From NCBI GenBank assembly GCA_963758915.1, contig CAVWXH010000009.1:160001-224000 (forward strand): 64,000 nt of DNA, given 5' to 3'. Under the pieces are notes generated by a model. The model was not told where the DNA came from, did not search any database, and was given only the letters and a program-made list of their open reading frames with translations. Positions 1 through 9,697 of the stretch are shown here, piece after piece. Both the position numbers and the translations under genes were made by a program. How positions within the stretch are numbered: position 1 is the stretch's first letter; every line of letters starts with the position of its first letter. The DNA comes from an uncultured Methanomicrobiales archaeon (GTDB lineage: Archaea > Halobacteriota > Methanomicrobia > Methanomicrobiales > Methanospirillaceae).

Positions 1-276
1 GCCGGAATCATGCCTGATGAGGTGATGATATATGCCACAACAGAGAAGAAGATCGGAGAAAACGGGCTCATCCAGGCAGTTGAAGCTCTTGGAGGATGCC
101 TCATATTCCTCGATGATGGGACAATAAAGGCGCAGGTGCCGGAATCACCATCTGCGGCAGGCCGTATCGGTCTGCCCGGGGTCGCTGAACCTGCAGCCCT
201 TGCGGTCTCGAGGAAACGGGAGCTTGTTATGAAAAAGAGAGTGTCGGGGAGGGTAACAATTGCCATCGCACGATGA
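1..276 (+). CDS. cbiG: Cobalt-precorrin-5A hydrolase, C-terminal part (5' end outside window)
   Basis: GVAEPAALA...KKR..GRVTIAIAR matches the CbiG C-terminus; first gene of the cbi cluster. Confidence 0.8.
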   Translation, partial: AGIMPDEVMIYATTEKKIGENGLIQAVEALGGCLIFLDDGTIKAQVPESPSAAGRIGLPGVAEPAALAVSRKRELVMKKRVSGRVTIAIAR

Positions 277-277
277 C

Positions 278-1039
278 ATGGGGGCTCTGTATATCGTGGG
301 GACAGGACCGGGATCACCCGGCCAGATGACCGGTGACGCACTGCAGGCGATTGAATCAGCTGAAATTATCATCGGAAATTCATCATATCTCACGGCTCTT
401 GCACCTTTTCTTATCGGAAAAAAAGTCATACAAAGTTCGATGGGAAAAGAAGTCGAACGGGCGCAACAGGCAGTGGAACTTGCCCGCGATCACGTAGTCG
501 CAATGGTCAGCGGGGGGGACCCGGGTGTATACGGGATGGCGAGCATTGTCCTCGAAGTGCTTGAAAGGAGTGGTAGTGTTATCGATGTAACGGTCATCCC
601 GGGGGTGACGGCAGCCAATGCAGCAGCATCGCGGGTCGGGTCCCCGCTTTCGGGCGATTTTTGCGTTATCAGTCTCTCTGATCTCCTGACTCCGCTCCCC
701 GTCATCGAACAGCGACTGACGGCTGCATTCTCGATGGGCGTTCCCGTCGTCCTTTACAACCCGAAAAGCCGGGGAAGGCCCCATAACCTGTCACGGGCAC
801 TTGAAATTGCGAAAGGACATCATGCACCAGGTACGCCGGTGGCGGTTGTAAAAAATGCATACCGGGAGGGCGAGGAAGTAATAATTACCACGCTCGGGGA
901 AGCACCGGATATTGTTGATCTTGTGGATATGCACTCCACCGTTATTATCGGTGGCAGTGAGAGCAGGCTCTGGAGGATGGACGAACATGTCAAAGGAATC
1001 ATCACACCACGGGGATACCATAGAAAATACGTATACTGA
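278..1039 (+). CDS. cbiH: Precorrin-3B C17-methyltransferase
   Basis: LYIVGTGPG, SGGDPGVYGMA, GSPLSGDF, LYNPKS and ITPRGY motifs; ATG 278 directly after the cbiG stop. Confidence 0.92.
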   Translation: MGALYIVGTGPGSPGQMTGDALQAIESAEIIIGNSSYLTALAPFLIGKKVIQSSMGKEVERAQQAVELARDHVVAMVSGGDPGVYGMASIVLEVLERSGSVIDVTVIPGVTAANAAASRVGSPLSGDFCVISLSDLLTPLPVIEQRLTAAFSMGVPVVLYNPKSRGRPHNLSRALEIAKGHHAPGTPVAVVKNAYREGEEVIITTLGEAPDIVDLVDMHSTVIIGGSESRLWRMDEHVKGIITPRGYHRKYVY

Positions 1040-1658
1040 TCTCGGGGCAACAACGAAAGAGGCCTTCGAGATATCTGAAAAGAGCAGAAAACTGGCAAGG
1101 GCTACCATAGGGAATGCCACACCCGAAGACCGCATTAAGCAGCGGTGTTCGGTTGCGGTTGGGGATTTTTCGATGGCTGACCTGATCATGTTCAGGTCTG
1201 ACCCGGTACAGGCGGGCCTCGCTGCACTGGCTGCCGGCGCTCCGGTCATCACCGATATCAGGATGGTACAGGTGGGTATACAGAAAAAAGGGCACCAGAG
1301 CGAGGTGTCCTGTGCACTCGACTTTGATGATGGGGCAAAAGAGCAGGGAATTACGAGGACTTCGAAAGGGTTCCTGAATCTCGGTGACAAGGTCAATGGT
1401 GCAGTAATTGTTATCGGCAATGCCCCGTCTGCACTCCTGACCGTGTGCCGGATGATACGGGAGGGACATATACCTTCGCTCGTCATCGGGACACCGGTCG
1501 GGTTTGTGAACGCCTCTGAATCGAAGGAACTTCTCAGGACCCTCGATATTCCGTCCATTTCCACCGAAGGCCCCCGTGGTGGGACCCCGGTCGCCGTCGC
1601 AGCGATAAACGAGATTATTACCATGTATGCTGAACAACAGGACAGGAAAAAGTCCTGA
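987..1658 (+). CDS. cbiC: Precorrin-8X methylmutase
   Basis: ITDIRMV, VIGNAPSAL, IGTPVGFV, GPRGGTPVAVA; ATG 987 chosen over TTG 912, overlapping the cbiH end. Confidence 0.9.
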   Translation: MSKESSHHGDTIENTYTDLGATTKEAFEISEKSRKLARATIGNATPEDRIKQRCSVAVGDFSMADLIMFRSDPVQAGLAALAAGAPVITDIRMVQVGIQKKGHQSEVSCALDFDDGAKEQGITRTSKGFLNLGDKVNGAVIVIGNAPSALLTVCRMIREGHIPSLVIGTPVGFVNASESKELLRTLDIPSISTEGPRGGTPVAVAAINEIITMYAEQQDRKKS

Positions 1659-1691
1659 TCCCAACAATCAGGGATACACTTTGGGTATGGT

Positions 1692-2771
1692 ATGGAATTT
1701 TCACCCGGCAAATCAGGACAGGTTGTAAACGACCCGGTCAGCGGATTTGAATACCCCCGCGAGTGGGTAACAGGGTGCAGGAAACCGGAGCTCCTGGGAA
1801 TGGTTGCCAGGGGACTTGCCATCCTTACCTCGGACGGCACTATCCTGATGAGGGGCTACACGACAGGTACCACGGCTGCAGCGGCATGCAAGGCTGCAGT
1901 CCTGTCATTACAATCCCCCGTTACTTCGGTGCCAGTAACGACGCCATGTGGCATCGTTGTGGATGTCCCGGTGAATATCAGCCGGAAAGGGGCTGCACAA
2001 TGCGCAAAATATGCCGGGGATTACCCCGGTGATGTCACCGCCGGTATAATATTCGTGGCTGTTGCAGAACAGGCACCCGCAGGGAAGACACTCCATGCCG
2101 GTAAGGGCATTGGACGATTTTCATACGATACACCACGGTACGCGAAGGGTGAACCGGCTATTGGCAAACCTTCGATGCACTGTATTATGGGTTCAGTTGA
2201 GGAGGCCATTGCCATAACAGGACTAACCGGGATACGGATCGAATTGTCGGCACCGGATGGGGAAAAAATTGCAAAAATGACTCTCAATCCCCGCCTGGGT
2301 ATTACCGGGGGCATTTCGGTGCTTGGGACCACCGGTCTTGTTGAACCATGGGATGATCACCTCGAGGAGGCGGTACTGTCGCGGGTACGAAAGGCATCAC
2401 GGGTGGTACTTACGACAGGCCGCACCGGGCTTCGATACGCACGGTTGCAGTTTCCGGGTCACGAGGCGGTCCTTGTCGGCAGTAAAATCGGGTCAGCCCT
2501 CCAGGCTGCAACGGGGGAAGTGATCCTTTTCGGACTCCCTGGCCTGGTCCTGCGTTTCATTAATCCCGGAATCCTCGAAGGTTCGGGGTGCAGGACGGTA
2601 GAAGAACTCATGATGAAGCAGGAATGGACCCCGAGGGTCAGTGATGCCCTTGACCGGTTCAGGGTAAAATACCCGCTCCTGCGGATCGTGCTTATCAGCC
2701 GCGACGGGAAGGTTACCCATGATACAGCCCTCGATCCTGCAGCACCCCGAAGGGGAGGCCCGGGGTCGTGA
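1692..2771 (+). CDS. cbiD: Cobalt-precorrin-5B C1-methyltransferase
   Basis: RGYTTGTTAAAA and TLNPRLGITGGISVLGTTG signatures. Confidence 0.93.
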   Translation: MEFSPGKSGQVVNDPVSGFEYPREWVTGCRKPELLGMVARGLAILTSDGTILMRGYTTGTTAAAACKAAVLSLQSPVTSVPVTTPCGIVVDVPVNISRKGAAQCAKYAGDYPGDVTAGIIFVAVAEQAPAGKTLHAGKGIGRFSYDTPRYAKGEPAIGKPSMHCIMGSVEEAIAITGLTGIRIELSAPDGEKIAKMTLNPRLGITGGISVLGTTGLVEPWDDHLEEAVLSRVRKASRVVLTTGRTGLRYARLQFPGHEAVLVGSKIGSALQAATGEVILFGLPGLVLRFINPGILEGSGCRTVEELMMKQEWTPRVSDALDRFRVKYPLLRIVLISRDGKVTHDTALDPAAPRRGGPGS

Positions 2772-2877
2772 AAAATTCCGGACGGGACACAGCTATGTTT
2801 TCCCCTGTACAGCTCAGTTACGTTGTTCATGCAACAGCCCAAAGTACTGGTATATTTACTACAGGGAGAGTCGGGTC

Positions 2878-3459
2878 ATGAAAATCGTCGGGGTCGGATG
2901 CGGTCCTGGAATGCTTACCGAAATGGCAATCGGGGTAATTTCAGGAGCTGACCTGATTTACGGATCGAAACGGGCCATTGAAACAGTCAGGCCTTTTATC
3001 GGGGAGGGGTGCACGGTCCAGGAGATCAGGGATTACCGGGGACTTGGGACACTCCCGGCCAATGCAGTCGTCCTTTCAACCGGTGACCCGATGCTTGCCG
3101 GACTTGGGTACCTGCCGGGGGAAGTCATTCCGGGGATCTCGTCACTCCAGCTGGCTGCTGCACGGCTCCACCTCTCTCTTACACAGGTATCTGTTGTCGT
3201 GGCGCATGGTCGTGACCACACTCACGCGATCGAAAAAACATTCCTTGAACTTTCCCGGGGAAAGGTTGTTTTTCTTGTCCCCGATCCAAAATTCAGTATT
3301 CCTGACCTGGCAAAAGCCCTTGTCCCCGGTTACCGTGAGATCACCATGGTTGTCCTTGAAAACCTCGGATATCCTGAGGAATGTATTCTCATGGGGACAC
3401 CTGATAACCCGCCACGGACGACATCAGAATTGTTTTCGCTTATAATCGGCGACCTCTGA
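2878..3459 (+). CDS. cbiE: Cobalt-precorrin-7 C5-methyltransferase
   Basis: MKIVGVGCGPG, STGDPMLAG, IPGISS, ENLGYPEE; ATG at 2878. Confidence 0.85.
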   Translation: MKIVGVGCGPGMLTEMAIGVISGADLIYGSKRAIETVRPFIGEGCTVQEIRDYRGLGTLPANAVVLSTGDPMLAGLGYLPGEVIPGISSLQLAAARLHLSLTQVSVVVAHGRDHTHAIEKTFLELSRGKVVFLVPDPKFSIPDLAKALVPGYREITMVVLENLGYPEECILMGTPDNPPRTTSELFSLIIGDL

Positions 3460-4045
3460 CCCCTTTTAGATATTATTATTCCTGGTGCCGGCTCTGCTGA
3501 TGTGGTAAATGGCCGGATTTCCGGTAACAATATCCTGAGGTGACCTGATGTGCAATCAAAGCCTGCGGGTAACTGGTATCCCGGGAATACATTCCTCATT
3601 TCGGGGCGAAACACATATAGGAGGCAGGGTACATATCTAATATTCAATCCGGAGGTAATGAATGGATAAAAAGGTAAAAAGTGATATCAGCCTCATTTGT
3701 TTTATCGCGGGATTTATTCTCGTCCTTTTACAGGACTTAAAGGGCCTTTCCACGATCCAGCTTGGTTTTGCGTGGCCATGGGCGATTATGTTCTATTCCG
3801 GGCTCCTGCTGATCCTGATCGGGTATTATATGCGGGGATAAGAGAGGATTTTTTTCCGGGATTTCCCTTTTACAATAATTGTGAGGGCTCAACCGTTTTT
3901 AAAAACAGCGGTATGATAACGTCCGGAGCTGGGCCAGACTCATGACGGGGACAGGTGGGCAGGAACGGGGACAGGAGCCCGATATCCCCCTCAGCCGGGT
4001 CCATTTTACGAACCTGAAAAAAATACTCTACCCGGTGGTGATGTA

Positions 4046-4432
4046 GTGACAGGAAGCGGTGAAAATTACTTTGTTGTCCACGAACACCACGCAAGGAACC
4101 TTCATTTTGACGTGCGGCTCCAGCGTGACGGCGTGCTGAAGAGCTGGGCGGTTCCAAAAGGCGTACCTCTTGTTCCCGGTGAAAAACACCTGGCCGTCCT
4201 TGTGGAGGACCACCCGCTGGATTACGGCCATTTCGAAGGGATTATCCCGGATGGCGAATATGGTGCCGGAACGGTCTCGATCTGGGATAACGGGCACTAT
4301 GAAACAAAACACTGGGATCACGACAAGATAGAGATCACCTTCCATGGAAAGAGACTGGAGGGGCCGTATGCCCTGGTCAGGTTTAAATCGGCAGGGAAAA
4401 ACAACTGGCTTCTTTTCAGGGCGGGCAGTTGA
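4046..4432 (+). CDS. Stand-alone LigD-type 3'-phosphoesterase (PE) domain protein
   Basis: FVVHEHHA..LHFDVRL, SWAVPKG, VEDHPLDY..FEG.IP.G.YGAG.V.IWD.G. Confidence 0.9.
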   Translation: MTGSGENYFVVHEHHARNLHFDVRLQRDGVLKSWAVPKGVPLVPGEKHLAVLVEDHPLDYGHFEGIIPDGEYGAGTVSIWDNGHYETKHWDHDKIEITFHGKRLEGPYALVRFKSAGKNNWLLFRAGS

Positions 4433-4625
4433 AAAACAATACCTGATTAATCTGAATTGGTCTCTGTTGATATTCTCATTGGAAAAAAGTACATGTATGC
4501 TGATAAGATAGAGGGTTTTCACCCGGAACAGGTCTCAATCCCGTATCATCACATAATGTGTTGGAAAGTTCTGCGGATTTCTCCGGACACCTGAAACTTC
4601 CGGGTATCGTTCATTGAGGGTACTA

Positions 4626-4976
4626 TTACCTACCCATTGCAAGATCGAGAGCAGTCCTCGCACAGGCTTCGGCTTCATGTTGCTGGCCCAGTTTCAGGTG
4701 ACTGATGCTCTTGTTATACCAGATTTCGGAATTGCCCGGGTCTATCTGGATTGCCTGATCATAGCAGGCGATTGCCTGGGTGTATTGTTCCATATCATCC
4801 AGGCATTTGGCCTTGTTCTCCCATGCGGTAACCAGGTTCGGATAGATGCTAATCGCCTTGTCGAAGAACATGAGGGAGTTTGAGTAGTCTCCCTGGTGCA
4901 TATGCTCAGCTCCTTTGCGGCACCAGAATTCGGCATCCTTCCGGACAGTCATCATGTGTGGATCATTGGAATACAT
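4626..4976 (-). CDS. Small TPR protein
   Basis: About three TPR repeats (W..KG/KA, A..xYD.AI.IDP). Confidence 0.85.
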   Translation of the reverse strand: MYSNDPHMMTVRKDAEFWCRKGAEHMHQGDYSNSLMFFDKAISIYPNLVTAWENKAKCLDDMEQYTQAIACYDQAIQIDPGNSEIWYNKSISHLKLGQQHEAEACARTALDLAMGR

Positions 4977-5002
4977 TTTATCTGCCTCCCGTTTTGTTCT
5001 CC

Positions 5003-5362
5003 TTATCTCCCCATTGCAAGGTCTATTGCCCTTTCTGTGCAGTGTAACGATTCACCAGGATTTCCAAGTTTTTGCAGTGTCACACCCTTGTTGAACCAGC
5101 TTTCCGCGTCATACGGATCAATTTCAATGGCCTTGTTATAACACGCTATTGCATCGCCTGATTTCCCAAGCCGGTCAAGGCAGTCACCCTTGTTGTGATA
5201 GGCCATGGCACATGCGGGGGACGATTCAATGACCTTGTCATACAGCTCGACAGCCAGGTCGAAATTTCCGCTGTTCATATGTTCATTTGCCTGTGCATAC
5301 CAGGGACCGGCCTCGACCGGGATCCCTGCCTGAATAACCTGCATAGTTAGTCCGGTTATCAT
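5003..5362 (-). CDS. Small TPR protein, paralog of its neighbour
   Basis: TPR repeats; same C-terminal A-x-DLAMGR as 4626..4976. Confidence 0.85.
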   Translation of the reverse strand: MITGLTMQVIQAGIPVEAGPWYAQANEHMNSGNFDLAVELYDKVIESSPACAMAYHNKGDCLDRLGKSGDAIACYNKAIEIDPYDAESWFNKGVTLQKLGNPGESLHCTERAIDLAMGR

Positions 5363-5541
5363 TTCTTTCTCCTCCTGGCCCTATTTTCCGGGCACAATCA
5401 TGAATAACCGGGGTGTTATTATGAATTTTTGCCACTCACCTTTGCACGGCAGAGGGTGTCAGGATGCTTTTTTTCCTGTTTCTTACCGATGCATCGGCCC
5501 TCATAAACCTGTTAATTTTTTAAAAAATCATAGGAGCCGGT

Positions 5542-6225
5542 TCAGAGCACGTTCAGCGTGACAGGCTGTTCTCTCGTCTGGCCTGCCCCGGTCGCAGTAA
5601 GGACCCCGTTTATTGTGATCCCGGACGGGATGTTCGTCGGGATAGTAAACTGGTACACAGAGGTCTTCGGGAACGGGGGTTGTTCATCGCCGAGTTCGTA
5701 CGTCTGGGAAAAAAAGAGGGCACCTGCCGTTAACGTAAAATGTACCGGTTCAGTCTGACCCTCCCCGCCACCTATACGGAGCGTGTACGAAATCGTCTCA
5801 CCAGGTTTTCCGCTGGCCGATGCCGGGCTTACCGAGAGCGTGAACGGCTGTGGGGCAATAGTGCCGGACGAATCGCCATAGGAAGGTGTGACCGGGATAC
5901 CGGTTACAGCTGGCTGGCCGGAAACAGCGGGGAAAGAAGTCGGATTTTGCGTAAATACTGATGTAAGGGGAGGGGTAGTCGCAGGGACCGGTGGGGAAGT
6001 CGATGACAGGGCTGCTGCAGTTGTGCTTTTAGTCGTCACATAATCCCGGGGTCCGGTTGTTACCGGGTTTGCCAGTGTCACTGCTTCCTGGGTATTGGAT
6101 TTTCCCACTCCGGGGTTGGAGAGAAAGAATATACCTGCGTATACAATAAGCCCAACGAGGAGAATACCTGCGAATAACAGCACGATAAGAATTATTTTAT
6201 TATCTGGATTGACCGGTGGTTCCAT
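5542..6225 (-). CDS. Membrane-anchored protein with Ser/Thr/Pro linker and beta-rich C-terminal domain
   Basis: N-terminal hydrophobic helix, low-complexity linker, Ig-like strand pattern. Confidence 0.7.
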   Translation of the reverse strand: MEPPVNPDNKIILIVLLFAGILLVGLIVYAGIFFLSNPGVGKSNTQEAVTLANPVTTGPRDYVTTKSTTAAALSSTSPPVPATTPPLTSVFTQNPTSFPAVSGQPAVTGIPVTPSYGDSSGTIAPQPFTLSVSPASASGKPGETISYTLRIGGGEGQTEPVHFTLTAGALFFSQTYELGDEQPPFPKTSVYQFTIPTNIPSGITINGVLTATGAGQTREQPVTLNVL

Positions 6226-6338
6226 ACAATCGTTTCCCGATGATGTTCAGGTACTAAGAAGCTGGAACAATAAAAAAAGCAGTCGCCGGGTATCAGGTTC
6301 CAACAGGTCAACCTTTGCCTGGCCCAGTTTCCGCTACC

Positions 6339-7187
6339 CTATGTATGAAACCTGACAGTATTATCTTCAATAGTAACAAATCCCTCCCGGACGAGTGCCA
6401 GAACGATCTCCCCTGTCCGCCCGGGTTGTTCGCCGGTTCGGGTAACAAGGTCATTTATTTTCATTGTGCCTTCCTGTAACAGCAGTTCAAGGACCCGGCC
6501 TCGTAACTGCCGGTCAGATCCTTCAAATGCCGGCTGCCGGTGGTAATGGGTGCTCCTGCGGTTAGGATTAGGGATACGCCGTCCAAGTACTGCGCCGTAG
6601 TCCATCAATGCATAATACCACTCACGCGGGTGCTCACGGTCAAGGGCCCTTGCAACCAGGGGCCGGATTTCCCGGTCTGAAACAGGCGCCTGGTCACTAA
6701 AAAAGCAGTGAATAAACACCCTCCTGATATTTGTCTCGATAAAAACCGCGGGATGATTGAACGCAAAAGCTGCGATTGAACCGGCAGTTGCCTTTCCAAT
6801 ACCGGGAAACCCGGAAAGAACGGCCTCATCATCAGGGATAACACCTGAAAAACCGGAGACTACAAGCCCGGCTATTGTGCGGAGTGCAATTGCTCTCCGG
6901 TTATATCCCATCCCTTTCCAGACCACGAGGACTTCAGCAAGTGTTGCCTCTGCAAGCGAGAATACATCAGGAAATACTGAAATAAACTGGGGATATTTCA
7001 CCGTCACCCGCGGCACCTGTGTCTGCTGGAGCATGATCTCAGATACAAGAATATGGTACGGGTCAGTTGTCTTTCGCCACAGGAGATCATGACGCCCGTT
7101 TCTATGGTAGAAATCCAGGACATTTTCCTGAAAGCGGCAAATATCACGTTCCTTCGGCTGATTTTTTTCCTTTTCAGTACCTTGCAT
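6339..7187 (-). CDS. mutY: MutY-like HhH-GPD adenine glycosylase without the Fe-S motif
   Basis: DPYHILVSEIMLQQTQV, W.GMGYNRRA, FPGIGKATAG, ALMDYGA; start uncertain (7187 or 7247). Confidence 0.8.
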   Translation of the reverse strand: MQGTEKEKNQPKERDICRFQENVLDFYHRNGRHDLLWRKTTDPYHILVSEIMLQQTQVPRVTVKYPQFISVFPDVFSLAEATLAEVLVVWKGMGYNRRAIALRTIAGLVVSGFSGVIPDDEAVLSGFPGIGKATAGSIAAFAFNHPAVFIETNIRRVFIHCFFSDQAPVSDREIRPLVARALDREHPREWYYALMDYGAVLGRRIPNPNRRSTHYHRQPAFEGSDRQLRGRVLELLLQEGTMKINDLVTRTGEQPGRTGEIVLALVREGFVTIEDNTVRFHT

Positions 7188-7282
7188 ATCTGCTCCTGAC
7201 AGCGCATTGTTGCAGGTGGGCCACAACCGTTCTTTTTTGGTCCCCAAAAAAAAGATGGGGGACGGGTAATCAAACCGGTGAA

Positions 7283-7762
7283 TTATGCCCGGGTGTTGCT
7301 GTCCGGTTGCCAGTTGCTGAGGATTGCCATGCTGTTGTAATCCATGTGCCCACTTCGCACGGAAAACATACGCTCAATATACACATGGTCAACCAGGCCG
7401 GGGTTCGAACCTTGCAGCCTGTACCACGTCCCTTCCGAATTAACAATACCACTAATTTCGTACCTTCCTTCGCATGAATCACGGATAACCATTACAGCAA
7501 TATCAGGGTCATACAGGGGGGAGTCCTCTGCTGGCTGGATGATATCCCCGGCAAAATAAATACCCGGGATCCCGTCATCAGCCTGCACCTGCCCGGGTAA
7601 CGGGTAATTGAATAGCGGAGGCAGGTCTTTTTCACCGAAACCGGGAGTACCGTCAGGGAATGGATCACTATGGACAATCGCAGATCCCATGCAACCCGCG
7701 GTGTACACCGTTATTAAAACCAGGACCGCAAGAATCGTAACTCCGGATATTTTTTTATTCAT
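7283..7762 (-). CDS. Hypothetical lipoprotein
   Basis: KK followed by a hydrophobic stretch and a TAGC lipobox. Confidence 0.65.
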   Translation of the reverse strand: MNKKISGVTILAVLVLITVYTAGCMGSAIVHSDPFPDGTPGFGEKDLPPLFNYPLPGQVQADDGIPGIYFAGDIIQPAEDSPLYDPDIAVMVIRDSCEGRYEISGIVNSEGTWYRLQGSNPGLVDHVYIERMFSVRSGHMDYNSMAILSNWQPDSNTRA

Positions 7763-7912
7763 GTTTCCCACCTCCTTTTTCCGTGGTTTGTAGCGGTAGT
7801 AATATGACAGGGAATTAATTGAAAATATCGATCAGGCCAGAAATTAACTTTTGAAGTTAAAAGATTTAAGATCGCCTGCAGGGATTGTCCTGGTTAAATC
7901 CGGGTCCCCGGA

Positions 7913-9697
7913 CTACGTGCGCTTGAAAAGGAGATCAAGCCGTTCCCGTGTGAATGAGATCATCACGGGTCTCCCGTGAGGGCAGGTCCATGGTTCATTT
8001 GTGCGGTAGAGCTGGTCAAGAAGTCTCTGGCACTGGCCAGAGGTGAGCACACTCCCTGCTTTTATCGCTCCATGACATGCAATCGTCCGCGCAAGTTGTT
8101 CGCCGGAGTCGGTCACGTGTTTCCGTGGCAATGAGATGAGGTCCCCTATAATGTCCCGTACCATCTCCCCGTCACCGGGTTTCCCAAGGATTACCGGGAC
8201 CATGCGGACCGCGTAGGTATCCTTCCCAAACTCTTCAAGAGAGAATCCCTTTTCCAGGAGGATCGGGAGGTAATCCCTCAGGATGCCGGATTCCGCAGGA
8301 GACAGGGTAAGTATCGTAGGTACGAGCAGTTCCTGGGCTTCCTGGCCCAGGTCCCGGAATGCGGTTACCTGCTCGTACAGGACCCGCTCATGTGCCGCAT
8401 GCTGGTCGATCAGCAGCAGTTCCCCAGACGGTGCCTGTGCAAGGATATACGCCCCGGCGTACTGGCCGAGATAGATGAAATCCGGCGCCCCATCACCGCT
8501 GCTGGCTGTTCCTTGGAATAGTTCTGACTGCCGCAGCCTCCGGTCTGACAGGAGGACCGCCCCATGTCCGGCCTCGGCAACGACCGGTGCGGGCCTTGCC
8601 CGATGATCATATCCCTGTGAAACGCTACCGGAAGGACCGGACTTCCGAATACTATGAAACCCGTCAGGCACCCGCGGTACAAGGTCGGCCCCTTTCAGCG
8701 CCCGTGAAACAGCCCCGGTAACCATTGCACAGATATCACGTTCGCGGGAGATGTGCACGATGCGTTTTGCGGGGTGGACATTGACATCGATATAGGAAGG
8801 GTCCAGCCCGAGATCCAGAAACGCCACGGGATAGCGGTTGTCAGGGAGCAGGGTGCCGTATCCTGCCCTTACCGCGTCAACGACCGCCCTCGCATACACC
8901 TGCCGGTTGTTGATGCTCACGAAAACCTGGTAGATGTTCTGTCGTGAAAGTGATGGTTTCGATATGTAACCGCTCAGGTTCAGCGGACCCTCCGTTATAG
9001 ACACCGGGATAAGTTCTTCAGCCGCACCACTCCCGTAGAGGGCAACAATGGTATCGAACAAGTCTCCGCTCCCTTCGGTTGAAACCCGTTCATTCCCGTT
9101 ACTGGAGAATAAAAATGCAATCCCGGGATTCGCCACCGCAAACGCCTCCATAACCCGTGTAATTGCGGCAACCTCGGAACCAACAGATTTCTGGAACTTT
9201 TTCCTCGCGGGAGTGTTGAAAAAGAGGTCGCGTACCGTGATGCTCGTTCCGGCAGGGGCCCCTGTCCCGGTTACCTTCTCAATGTCCCCACCCCGGATTA
9301 TTACCTCGGTCGCACTCTCTCCGCCATCCCGTTCCATGGTGACCAGAATAACCTCGGAAACAGCTGCAATACTCGCCAGGGCTTCCCCGCGGAACCCGAG
9401 TGTCCGGCAGCAGTCCAGGTCAGCGATACACTGGATCTTGCTTGTCGCATGCGGGGTAAACGCAATGCAGGCATCTTCCGCCCCCATCCCGCACCCGTTA
9501 TCAGTGATCCTGACAGACGTGATACCTTCGCGGCCAGACTCAAGAAGTACAATTATCCTGGTGGCACCGGCATCGATGGAATTCTCCACCAGCTCCTTGA
9601 CGACAGACGCAGGGCGCTCCACGACCTCGCCCGCAGCAATCTGGTTCACCGTGGCCTGATCAAGGAGCCTGATCCGGGGACTCTGCTTCTCCGCCAT
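7913..9697 (-). CDS. mutL: DNA mismatch repair endonuclease MutL
   Basis: IAAGEVVERPASVVKELVENSIDAG, GFRGEAL, DVNVHP, DQHAAHER, CPHGRP. Confidence 0.97.
   Translation of the reverse strand: MAEKQSPRIRLLDQATVNQIAAGEVVERPASVVKELVENSIDAGATRIIVLLESGREGITSVRITDNGCGMGAEDACIAFTPHATSKIQCIADLDCCRTLGFRGEALASIAAVSEVILVTMERDGGESATEVIIRGGDIEKVTGTGAPAGTSITVRDLFFNTPARKKFQKSVGSEVAAITRVMEAFAVANPGIAFLFSSNGNERVSTEGSGDLFDTIVALYGSGAAEELIPVSITEGPLNLSGYISKPSLSRQNIYQVFVSINNRQVYARAVVDAVRAGYGTLLPDNRYPVAFLDLGLDPSYIDVNVHPAKRIVHISRERDICAMVTGAVSRALKGADLVPRVPDGFHSIRKSGPSGSVSQGYDHRARPAPVVAEAGHGAVLLSDRRLRQSELFQGTASSGDGAPDFIYLGQYAGAYILAQAPSGELLLIDQHAAHERVLYEQVTAFRDLGQEAQELLVPTILTLSPAESGILRDYLPILLEKGFSLEEFGKDTYAVRMVPVILGKPGDGEMVRDIIGDLISLPRKHVTDSGEQLARTIACHGAIKAGSVLTSGQCQRLLDQLYRTNEPWTCPHGRPVMISFTRERLDLLFKRT

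Noticed and set aside
791-1840. Long antisense ORFs (e.g. 791..1840, 35919..36674, 9048..9659)
   Set aside because: Shadows of well-supported genes on the opposite strand, with no motifs of their own.
3460-4045. Long intergenic gap after cbiE (cobalamin riboswitch or small ORF 3697..3945)
   Set aside because: No B12-box recognised, it lies downstream rather than upstream of the cbi genes, and the ORF has no recognisable features.
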